Below are positions 56,280-64,000 of a DNA stretch of 64,000 nt, one piece after another (position 1 is the first letter of the stretch; the number at the start of each line of letters is the position of its first letter). Position numbers and translations under genes: made by a program. The notes below the pieces were generated by a model. That model was not told the origin of the DNA and did not search any database. It saw nothing but the letters and a program-made list of their open reading frames with translations. This stretch comes from Nannocystales bacterium (lineage in GTDB: Bacteria > Myxococcota_A > Polyangia > Nannocystales > Nannocystaceae). The stretch covers positions 96,001 to 160,000 of the forward strand of contig JBOEGF010000005.1 of the NCBI GenBank assembly GCA_050633305.1, given 5' to 3'.

Positions 56280-57602
56280 ATGCCGTCGCTGTTCCTCATT
56301 CTTGCGCTCATCGGTGCGTCCGGGCCTCCGGGTACCCAGGAGGCGCTTGGGCAGGACCCCGAGCAAGAGGCTCGCACAGGGCAGCAGCCGATTGTTCATT
56401 TGACCGTCGACGCGGCGCTGAGGCAATGGCTGGTCGTACGGTTGCTCGAGGATGGCTACACGCTGACAACGTCACGGGGCGTCGCCCATGCGCAGCTTGC
56501 GGTCGTCTCGAATGCCGTGGGGGGCTGGCGGGTGACCGCGACTGGAGAGTCGACCGTTACCTACGATGTCGAGCCTGCGGCCGATGCTGCGGTTCTCCGA
56601 CTCGAGCTGCTGCATCGGTCGATTGATGCGCTCGAAGACGTGGTCCCTTCGAGTCCTTCGGGTTCGCAGCCCGCGACGGTGGGCCTCGTGGTCTCCGAGC
56701 TCGCCCCGGCTTCGCTCGCCCCCCAGGTTGCGGCGGGAGTTCTTGCAGCTGGAGCAGTCCTCGTCCCAGCGGGGACACCTTCGCAGCTGAGGGTGTGTGC
56801 GGACCAAGCATCGGGGGAGCACAATCCCCGAATCTCGGTCATCGATGGCAATGGTGAGTGTGGAGCGGACGCTGGTGCCGGAACCGTCAAGGCTGGAGAC
56901 GACGCCTTGCATTCGACGACGGCGCTGGTGACTGCTGCCATCGCGACGCTCCCCGCCGGGGTCGACCCGGGTCCAGAGGATGTCGCCGTATCCGAGCCCG
57001 AACTCGAAGAGCCTGAGGAGCCTATCCACGCCGAGACGGACGACGAGCGGGCACCGGGCCAGGAGCCCACACGCTCCCGCTTTCGAACACCGGTTCAGGG
57101 AGCACCCCGGGTTCTGCGGCTTGGTGTAGCGACGGGGTTCATCAGCAGAGGGCCTGTCGCAGACGCTCTGGTCGCGGCCTCGATGACGGTCGGACGAGAG
57201 CCCGGGATTCGGGGCTGGCTCGAGCTCCAGGCTAGGCCTGTGACCGTGATAGGGGCGCTGCGGGTCATCGAAGTGACGCCCGCCATCGGATTCAAACTGC
57301 GACCGCTGACGGTGGGCCGCGTTTCGCTCGAGACCGGTCTGCTGTTGGGCGCGGACATCCACGCCTACCAGCTCGAAGCTGAGCAGGCGACGCAACGAGG
57401 CTCACACACCGCGGCTTCGTTGGAGTCGGCGTTGGGTGTGGCGGTTCAGATCTGGAAGCTCCACGAGATTCACCTCGGGCTGCGCTTGGGCGGAGGCATG
57501 GAACGCATCCACCGAGTCCAGGGAGAGGAAGTCTGGCGCCGCGGAGCCTTTCGGGTTGGCGTGACCGTCGGGTTCTCTTTCGGACTGGGGAGGAGCACGT
57601 GA
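56280..57602 (+). CDS. exported protein with acidic/Pro linker and probable C-terminal beta-barrel
   Basis: Signal peptide; EPELEEPEEP linker; amphipathic strands ending VGVTVGFSFG; GTGA-coupled to ECF gene. Confidence 0.7.
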   Translation: MPSLFLILALIGASGPPGTQEALGQDPEQEARTGQQPIVHLTVDAALRQWLVVRLLEDGYTLTTSRGVAHAQLAVVSNAVGGWRVTATGESTVTYDVEPAADAAVLRLELLHRSIDALEDVVPSSPSGSQPATVGLVVSELAPASLAPQVAAGVLAAGAVLVPAGTPSQLRVCADQASGEHNPRISVIDGNGECGADAGAGTVKAGDDALHSTTALVTAAIATLPAGVDPGPEDVAVSEPELEEPEEPIHAETDDERAPGQEPTRSRFRTPVQGAPRVLRLGVATGFISRGPVADALVAASMTVGREPGIRGWLELQARPVTVIGALRVIEVTPAIGFKLRPLTVGRVSLETGLLLGADIHAYQLEAEQATQRGSHTAASLESALGVAVQIWKLHEIHLGLRLGGGMERIHRVQGEEVWRRGAFRVGVTVGFSFGLGRST

Positions 57603-58150
57603 ACGCCGAGTCGAGCAAGTTCGCGTTGGTCCACGAGGATGTCGACACCCGTACTCGTGTTCGGGTGCTGTACCGGCGTCACCGAGACGACGTGTATCGA
57701 CTCGCGCTTCGCTATAGCCAGGGCGACGCGACATGGGCGGAAGACATCGTCCAGGACGTCTTCGTCACGCTCTGTCGGAAGGTCGACAAGCTCGACGACG
57801 ATACCGACCTCGGCGGGTGGTTCTACCGTGTGACGCACAACCGGTGCCTCAGTCGACTGCGGCGGCGTGCCGTAGCCCAGTCGCCGGCGGTCCGGTGGCT
57901 GCTCGGTCGCCGGGCCGTCTCGCACGACGACCGGCGAGCTGAAGACCGGGCTGGGCTGCACGAAGTCTTCAAGATCGTAGACGGGCTCCCTCCCAATCAG
58001 CGTCTCGCGTTCTGCATGTACCACCTCGATGGGATGGAGCAGGCCGAGATCGGCGAGGTCTTGGGGCACTCCAAGAGCTACGTTTGCAAGCTCATCAAGC
58101 GTGCGACCTCCACCATTGAGAAGACGCAGGAGGCGTGCGATGCCGACTAG
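57599..58150 (+). CDS. ECF RNA polymerase sigma factor
   Basis: AEDIVQDVF, GGWFYRVTHN, LPPNQR, EIGEVLG. Confidence 0.92.
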   Translation: MNAESSKFALVHEDVDTRTRVRVLYRRHRDDVYRLALRYSQGDATWAEDIVQDVFVTLCRKVDKLDDDTDLGGWFYRVTHNRCLSRLRRRAVAQSPAVRWLLGRRAVSHDDRRAEDRAGLHEVFKIVDGLPPNQRLAFCMYHLDGMEQAEIGEVLGHSKSYVCKLIKRATSTIEKTQEACDAD

Positions 58151-59249
58151 CCGCGAAGTCATCGAGCGACTCAAGGCGGCGGACCGTTCGCTGGCCAACG
58201 AACGGATGCCACGAGCTGCGGCTCGGCGAGTCGCTCGGAAGGTCTCCGCGGAGTTGGAGAGTCAGTCCCGCCCAAGTCGGATGGGTTGGATCCCGATGCT
58301 CACCTTTGTCGCAGGTGCGGCCTTGGTGTTGTTGTTCCTGAGGTGGAGTACGGACGAACCCAGGTCGCTCACCGAAGATCGGTCGGAGTCCGTGGCCATG
58401 ACGGTGCTCGTGACCGGTCCCGCGTGCCGCTCGAATAGTGCCGCAACCACGACGGTCTGGGGGGCGTGCAGCATCTCTACGGAGGGTCCCTCGATGAGTA
58501 TCGACACGATTGACGGGTCCCATCTCGAGGTCGGCGACCGGGTGGTCGACCTTCGTTCGGGCTCGGCGTTGTTCGATGTCGATCCCGTCCGTGGCGACCC
58601 GGTTCGGATCGTTGTTCCTCAAGGAGAGATCGTCGTCGTCGGGACGCGATTCCGGGTGGTCGTCGGCGAGGCCCGAAGCGAGGTCGAGCTGTACGAAGGA
58701 CGTCTCGAGTTTCATGACGGGTCGGGGAAGGTCACGCCCATCCTGGCGGGGCAGCACGTGGGGTTCGGTCAACCGGCTCAACCTGCGCGCCCGGCTGCCG
58801 AGGAGTCCCCGTCGACGAAGCCGGTCTTGCCGCAGACGCCCGACGCTGACCAGCCGCCGCAGGCCGACGACACGGTTTCGCGGGCTCGGCCTTCCGTCCC
58901 GCGTGGCTCGTCGAAGCGGAAAGCTCGACGTACGGCCGAGCTGGCTCCGATGGAGGACGACGCAGGCCCGGTGATCGAAGCCGCGGAGAAGCTCCGGCGG
59001 GCGGGACGTTACGCCGACGCGGCGGCGACCCTCCGCGCGGCATTGAAGCGACGATGGCCGAGGCGCACCGCCGATGTGCTCAGCCATGAGCTGGGGCGCT
59101 TGCTCGAGCGACGAATTCGTGACCAAGCATCCGCATGTCGGCACTGGGAGAAGCACCTCGAGCGCTTCACGAAGACCCGCTACCGAGCTCGGATCGAACG
59201 CTCGATGACCGAGTTGGGTTGCGAAGCTGCCGTCTCTGAAGGCGGGTAG
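58140..59249 (+). CDS. FecR-domain anti-sigma factor with C-terminal TPR-like domain
   Basis: TM helix; LRSGSALFDV, VVGTRFRV, VELYEGRL; AGRYADAA...HLERF TPR-like tail. Confidence 0.88.
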   Translation: MPTSREVIERLKAADRSLANERMPRAAARRVARKVSAELESQSRPSRMGWIPMLTFVAGAALVLLFLRWSTDEPRSLTEDRSESVAMTVLVTGPACRSNSAATTTVWGACSISTEGPSMSIDTIDGSHLEVGDRVVDLRSGSALFDVDPVRGDPVRIVVPQGEIVVVGTRFRVVVGEARSEVELYEGRLEFHDGSGKVTPILAGQHVGFGQPAQPARPAAEESPSTKPVLPQTPDADQPPQADDTVSRARPSVPRGSSKRKARRTAELAPMEDDAGPVIEAAEKLRRAGRYADAAATLRAALKRRWPRRTADVLSHELGRLLERRIRDQASACRHWEKHLERFTKTRYRARIERSMTELGCEAAVSEGG

Positions 59250-59349
59250 TGCGCATACCGGAATCCTCGACCCGCGGCTGGGTCTTCGTTCAGGCGGCAA
59301 AGCTCCAAACTTGGCGCGCGCAAGCTGCGGGTAGGTACGATGCGCACCT

Positions 59350-60918
59350 GTGGTCGACGCGCGCCGAGAGCTGATCGAGGACCTCCACGGCTGTTACGAC
59401 GCCGGCACCCTGCGAATCCTGGTGGGTGCTGGGGTGTCGATGGCCTCGGGCTTGCCCGGATGGGATTCGCTCAACCTCGGATTGCTGCGCGCTGTGATCG
59501 AGTCGGACCTGCGCGGCCGATGTGAAAACGGGGAGGGGGCGGCCTATGTCCGGTCGCTGGTCGGGGACGAGGCGATCGAGACGCTCACCCAGGAGGTCTA
59601 TCGACGGATCGGTCGGGACGCTGCGGCTGACTTCGCGTGGCGTCGGCTTGGAGACACCGAATTCAAGCGTCAGTTGGCGAGACTCCTCTACCCGCGACAG
59701 ATCGAGCGGCTTCCACTTCGAAGCACGCAGCGTCAGCTCGCTGCGATGGCGCAGCAAGTTGCGGCCCGCGACCTGTTGTTTACGACCAACTACGATCCGA
59801 TTTTGGAGCGAGCGATCGCCGAGCTCCGAGGCGCACCCGAAGAGTGGGCCAAGCATCGCCACCCGCTGAGTGCACGCAGTCGCTCGAGTGCGCGACCGCG
59901 TGTCCATCACCTCCACGGATGGTTGGACGAGCGCGGAGCGGTGGGCGGCACGCTCGTCCTCACCGAGACCAGCTATCTCGGGCTCTTTGCCGACAAGCGG
60001 GCAACGCCCAACACCGATCTCAAGAAGCTGTTGATGGGCAATGCCCCCGTGCTGGTGCTCGGGATGAGCCTGGCCGACCCCAACTTGCGCCGCCTTCTCG
60101 ACCGCCGCCGCATCACGCCGCTTCGCGATGGCGACAACGCGATCTATGCGGTCATGGTCGGCGGCAACGAAGCTGCAGACGATCAGATCAACCAGTACTG
60201 GACGGGAACCTGGAACGTGAACCCGCTTTGGCTGCCGAACTTTGGCTACATCCCGCACCTGCTTCGGCAAGTTCAATGGGGCTGGACCGGAGATTCGCTG
60301 CCGTGGTTCGACGAGTGCAAGGCTTGGGTCGACGCGCAACTCGGGGACCTTCGGTTCACCGACGCGTGGCAGCGACGTGCCAACCGGTCACTGAAGACGC
60401 TGGTCGACCACGTGCGTACGTACTTCGGCCTCGAGCCGGGCGAGGTGATCACAACGAGCCTCTTCTTGCCCGAGCTGGAAGACGACCGGCAAGTCCTTCA
60501 GCTGGTGGCCACGTCGCGGCACGAACGCGCCGGGGAGGATGCCCGCAAACACGCCGCGCTTCGGGCGTTGAAGCTGAGCCCTGAGCGCTCGGTCCAAGGG
60601 GTCGCAGGCATCTCGTTTCACTTCGGCAACAGCAACGACGCTTGCGACAACCACCCCAGCATCAACTACAACTTCAGCTCCAAGCAGGTGCGGGAGTGGG
60701 ACCGGGCGTTCAACATGCGGGACTGGCGGTCGATTCTTGCGGTGCCGGCCCTGGATGGAGAAACGTGGCTCCCGTACGCCGTGATCACGTTGACGTCCAA
60801 CTTGGCCAAGCCGTTCTGGCGGCATTTTGGCAACGAACGCCACGACCTTCCGGTCCTCAAGACCTTGATGCGCCGGGTCTGCAAGGAACTCGTGGCCCAC
60901 CACGGCCTCACCCCCTGA
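59350..60918 (+). CDS. SIR2-like (SIR2_2) domain protein with C-terminal GAF-like domain
   Basis: LVGAGVS..SGLPGW, TTNYD, HLHG, LVLTETSY, LGMSLADPNL; C-terminal QGVAGISF, RSILAVP, AVITLTS. Confidence 0.85.
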   Translation: MVDARRELIEDLHGCYDAGTLRILVGAGVSMASGLPGWDSLNLGLLRAVIESDLRGRCENGEGAAYVRSLVGDEAIETLTQEVYRRIGRDAAADFAWRRLGDTEFKRQLARLLYPRQIERLPLRSTQRQLAAMAQQVAARDLLFTTNYDPILERAIAELRGAPEEWAKHRHPLSARSRSSARPRVHHLHGWLDERGAVGGTLVLTETSYLGLFADKRATPNTDLKKLLMGNAPVLVLGMSLADPNLRRLLDRRRITPLRDGDNAIYAVMVGGNEAADDQINQYWTGTWNVNPLWLPNFGYIPHLLRQVQWGWTGDSLPWFDECKAWVDAQLGDLRFTDAWQRRANRSLKTLVDHVRTYFGLEPGEVITTSLFLPELEDDRQVLQLVATSRHERAGEDARKHAALRALKLSPERSVQGVAGISFHFGNSNDACDNHPSINYNFSSKQVREWDRAFNMRDWRSILAVPALDGETWLPYAVITLTSNLAKPFWRHFGNERHDLPVLKTLMRRVCKELVAHHGLTP

Positions 60919-60969
60919 CCGCTCTGGACACCGCGTTCGCGCAGCGGTGCTACACTTTCGATCATCGAC

Positions 60970-61179
60970 ATGTCCGCGACTCCCAAAACCAAACCGGTGC
61001 GCAAGGCCTCGGCCCGCCGCAAGAAGCGTGGCACGACCGCGCAAACGATCCGGTTCGACTTCGACAAGCACGGTGCGCAGGCAGCGTTCGTCGACGTGCA
61101 GGACGAGTCCACACGCGATGCTTCTGACCTGATCGCGGCGGCCATCCAGCAGAGCTGGGACGCCCTCGAAGACGAGTAG
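60970..61179 (+). CDS. small protein (69 aa), basic N-terminus and acidic C-terminus
   Basis: Coding-like codon bias; TACACT box upstream; fills gap after the SIR2 gene. Confidence 0.7.
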   Translation: MSATPKTKPVRKASARRKKRGTTAQTIRFDFDKHGAQAAFVDVQDESTRDASDLIAAAIQQSWDALEDE

Positions 61180-61258
61180 TCACCTCGCGCGGATTGCTCC
61201 CCCCTCGTCGGCAGGCATCCGGTGCCCCGCGGCGGACCGAGGCACGTAGACTCTCTTC

Positions 61259-62260
61259 GTGTCGGTCTGGCCATTGCTGCTGCTGCTGGTCGCCTCCCCG
61301 ATCGAGATCGGAGCATGGAGTGTTCCGCCGAGCTGTGCGTCGAGGGCTGCGTTCATCGAGAAGGTGGAGGCCGAGGCTCAGACCAGTTCTGGGTCGGACG
61401 AGCCCCCGGTACTCGAGGCCGACATTCACGTCGAGGAGGTCGCGGTCGATCACTGGCGGTTGCGGCTACGCTTGCGCCGAGACGGGCGGGACGACGCGCG
61501 GTCGTTCGACGCGAGCAGCTGTGCCGCGGTGGTCGAGGCCGCCGCGGTGGTCGTCGCATTGCGATTGGTACAGGCTCGGCAGGACGAGACTTCGAGGTCC
61601 CGCGCTGCTGTCTCCGTGCCCGAGCCGCCTCGGGAACCCGTCCCGATTCCGCTGCCGGACCCTCCTTCTGCGTTGCCGCTCGCGACAGCACCCGAGCCCA
61701 TCCCCGTCGAGACTTCACGGGACCCGTCACAGGATCAGCGGTCACGGGTCGGAGGTTGGGTCGGAGTTCACCAGGGACTCGCCTTGGGTATCGCTCCAGG
61801 TATTGGAGGTGGCTTTGGCGTGGATGGAGGTGTGACCGGACAGTGGTGGCGTGCGGGCCTCGGTGTGCACGCGGCTCTTCGGCGTACGGAGACCCATCCT
61901 GATGAGCCCGGCATTCGCGGACGCTTCGACCTCGTGACCGGAGAATCGTTCGCATGCGGCACACCCAAGGTCGGTTCGCTGGTGTTCCCGATCTGCGGCC
62001 GATTTGCGGTCTCTGGAATGCGGGCGGTGGGGGAAGGAGCGGTGAGGACCTCCGAGTCGGTGTGGGGGACCTGGTTGGGGGCTGGCGGATCCGCCGGCCT
62101 CGCGTGGCACGTCACCGAGCGTGTCGCGCCCGCGTTGTCCGCGGTCGCGTTGGCGCCTCTTCAGGACTGGGCGTTCTCCGTAGGGGACGCTCCGGGCACC
62201 CTTCACCGAACTGGCCCGGTAGCGCTCCGAGTCTGGGCGGGTCTGGAGATTCATTGGTAG
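61259..62260 (+). CDS. exported protein with Pro-rich linker and probable C-terminal beta-barrel
   Basis: Signal peptide; two-Cys N-domain; PEPPREPVPIPLPDPP; strands ending LRVWAGLEIHW (terminal aromatic). Confidence 0.75.
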   Translation: MSVWPLLLLLVASPIEIGAWSVPPSCASRAAFIEKVEAEAQTSSGSDEPPVLEADIHVEEVAVDHWRLRLRLRRDGRDDARSFDASSCAAVVEAAAVVVALRLVQARQDETSRSRAAVSVPEPPREPVPIPLPDPPSALPLATAPEPIPVETSRDPSQDQRSRVGGWVGVHQGLALGIAPGIGGGFGVDGGVTGQWWRAGLGVHAALRRTETHPDEPGIRGRFDLVTGESFACGTPKVGSLVFPICGRFAVSGMRAVGEGAVRTSESVWGTWLGAGGSAGLAWHVTERVAPALSAVALAPLQDWAFSVGDAPGTLHRTGPVALRVWAGLEIHW

Positions 62261-62266
62261 TTCGCT

Positions 62267-62293
62267 CCACAAATCCAGGACGTGGGCTGCATT
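62267..62293 (+). promoter_or_regulatory. putative ECF autoregulatory promoter CCACAAA-N17-ATT
   Basis: Same motif and spacing at 63496-63522. Confidence 0.5.
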
Positions 62294-62310
62294 GCCAGCT
62301 GTCCCCTCCG

Positions 62311-63534
62311 ATGCCAGCCGTTTCCCAGGACAGAACGTCTTCGTTTGCCGCCGTCTACCGAGCTCAGTTTGGCTTCGTCTGGCGCACGTTGCGCGCACTT
62401 GGTGTTGCGGAAGGCTCTGTGGACGACGCTCTACAGGATGTGTTCTTGGTCGTACACCGTCGACTTCCCGGTTTTGAGCCTCGGGCACCGATCAGTGCGT
62501 GGCTCTACGAGATCACGCGGCGAATCGCCTACCGGTACCGAACGCGGGCCGCGCGGGATGCGACCCGAACCTGCGAGTTCTCCGAGTTGCCCGCCGGCGG
62601 TGATCTCGACCGTGACCTCGACCGGTCGAGGGCAGCGACCGTCATGCGGGACTTCTTGTGGAGGCTCGACGAAGACCGCCGCCGAGCGTTCGTACTCTCG
62701 GAGTTCTCCGGGATGCCTGGTCGTGAAATCGCCGAGGTGCTCGGAGTCAACATGAACACGATCTACGCCAGAGTTCGCTCCGCCCGGATTGAGCTCGATC
62801 GTACGGCCAAGCGCATGCGCGCTCAGGACTCGGCTGCGGTGGTTCGAGTGCTTCGCAGAGAGCGGCCTCCCACGGAGACCGAGCGGCGTACCTGGGCTGC
62901 GGTGATTGCAACGGTCGGAGGGTCGGCCAGGATTGGCGCAGAGGTCGGCATCTTGGCGTGGGCGGCTGGGGGGTTGTGCGCGGGTGCGGTCGTGCTTGCA
63001 TCGTGGGCAGCGCTGCCAAGCGCCCCGGGGGTGGAGTCCGTTCCTACGCTGCCGCACGCTCCTACGGTGGAGTCCGCTCCTGCGGTGGCGGCGGCCGGGA
63101 CGCCAGCGCCACCGCTTGCTCCTGCCCCTGTGCCCGAGCGGGGTCGCAGCGTGGTTGAAGTGCCAGCGTCGCGAGCTGAGCCAAGGGATGCTCGGGTACG
63201 TGTGGGTCATTCGCCGACGCCGCAGCCATCACTCGCCGAGGAACTGCGACTCGTGCGAGCGATTCGAGGGTCCATCAAGGCGGGACGCTACGGTGTGGCG
63301 CAATCCAAGGTCTCAGCCTACCGAGCGGACTTCGTTCGCGGGGCGCTGCGGCAGGAGGTCGAAGCGTTGGAGGTCGAGTTGGCTTGTCGTACGCACGCGC
63401 CGAACGCGGCCGCGAGGGTGGAAGGCCTTCGACACAGAAGGATCGATGAGGGGCTGCTGGAGCGCCTGAAAATTGTGTGTGGGGAGCGAATCTCCCCACA
63501 AAAACCCGAGCCCACGGAGATTCACACCCGATGA
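62311..63534 (+). CDS. ECF sigma factor fused to TM helix, Pro linker and TPR-like domain
   Basis: VWRTLRALG, DDALQDVFLVVHRRL, WLYEI, EIAEVLGVNMNTIYARV; TM; LAEELRLV...YRADFVRGALRQE. Confidence 0.88.
   Translation: MPAVSQDRTSSFAAVYRAQFGFVWRTLRALGVAEGSVDDALQDVFLVVHRRLPGFEPRAPISAWLYEITRRIAYRYRTRAARDATRTCEFSELPAGGDLDRDLDRSRAATVMRDFLWRLDEDRRRAFVLSEFSGMPGREIAEVLGVNMNTIYARVRSARIELDRTAKRMRAQDSAAVVRVLRRERPPTETERRTWAAVIATVGGSARIGAEVGILAWAAGGLCAGAVVLASWAALPSAPGVESVPTLPHAPTVESAPAVAAAGTPAPPLAPAPVPERGRSVVEVPASRAEPRDARVRVGHSPTPQPSLAEELRLVRAIRGSIKAGRYGVAQSKVSAYRADFVRGALRQEVEALEVELACRTHAPNAAARVEGLRHRRIDEGLLERLKIVCGERISPQKPEPTEIHTR
63496..63522 (+). promoter_or_regulatory. putative ECF target promoter CCACAAA-N17-ATT
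   Basis: Within the sigma gene 3' end, 8 nt before ATG 63531. Confidence 0.5.
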
Positions 63535-64000
63535 ACAGACTCGGTCTCACCTTGTTCCTACTGACGAGCCTCTCCGGGTGCGACTCGAAGGAGAACTGCA
63601 TCGCAAACTGCGAGGACGGCTCCTCGAGTGGGAGTGAGGGCACTGCCGATCTCCCGACCGGGGGGGGTGGACTCTCCTGCGAGGAGGCGATCGTGACAGC
63701 GGAGCAGTTCATCGAGGCACATCGGTCCTGCGAGACGATGTTGGACTGCGAGGTCAGCGACCGGAATGTGTGTTTCCCGCCGGCGGTCATCCCAGGCGCG
63801 GTGGCCCTTTCCCTGGACGGGAATCCACAGGAGGAGGAGTGGGCGGAGATCCGCGAGGGGCTGGCCGACGCGTGTCCTTGTGAGGACCCCGTTTCTGCGG
63901 GGTCGTTCTGCAACGCCGCGAAGGAGTGCGAAGCGTTCAACGCCGAAACCGGTCGAGACCAGTTCTGTGGGTCCTTGCTCGGAGACGTGGAGACCTTCCT
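63531..64000 (+). CDS. Cys-rich lipoprotein, truncated by window end (not in ORF track)
   Basis: MNRLGLTLFLLTSLSGC lipobox; ATGA overlap with sigma stop; open to window edge. Confidence 0.75.
   Translation, partial: MNRLGLTLFLLTSLSGCDSKENCIANCEDGSSSGSEGTADLPTGGGGLSCEEAIVTAEQFIEAHRSCETMLDCEVSDRNVCFPPAVIPGAVALSLDGNPQEEEWAEIREGLADACPCEDPVSAGSFCNAAKECEAFNAETGRDQFCGSLLGDVETF

Noticed and set aside
59248..59275. GTGCGCATA resembling a XerC arm of a dif site
   Set aside because: No XerD arm (TTATGTTAAA-like) at the required spacing

Overview
GC-rich bacterial chromosomal segment. Gene content (many lipoproteins, a MYXO-CTERM-type tail, DUF1552/DUF1592 pair, zinc-finger Ser/Thr kinase with TPRs, four ECF sigma factors) points to Myxococcota, probably Nannocystaceae-like; that assignment is inference. 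About 58 CDS and two frameshifted pseudogenes were recognised; no rRNA, tRNA, CRISPR array, integrase or transposase. Most notable: (1) a SIR2-like NADase fused to a GAF-like domain, followed by a 69-aa protein (candidate undescribed defence or toxin-antitoxin pair); (2) three copies of a module of small outer-membrane beta-barrel-like protein + ECF sigma + FecR/TPR anti-sigma + lipoprotein cargo, one with a broken anti-sigma, one intact, one as a sigma/anti-sigma fusion, with duplicated bipartite promoter motifs readable in two of them; (3) pervasive TAnnnT boxes 5-8 nt before start codons, suggesting leaderless mRNAs; (4) a GATC-dense, hairpin-rich intergenic region with an unlisted 58-aa ORF; (5) a YG-motif lipoprotein resembling splicease substrates; (6) an elb-like lipid cluster with a catalytically degenerate HAD. 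All family calls come from motif recognition by eye, not database searches.
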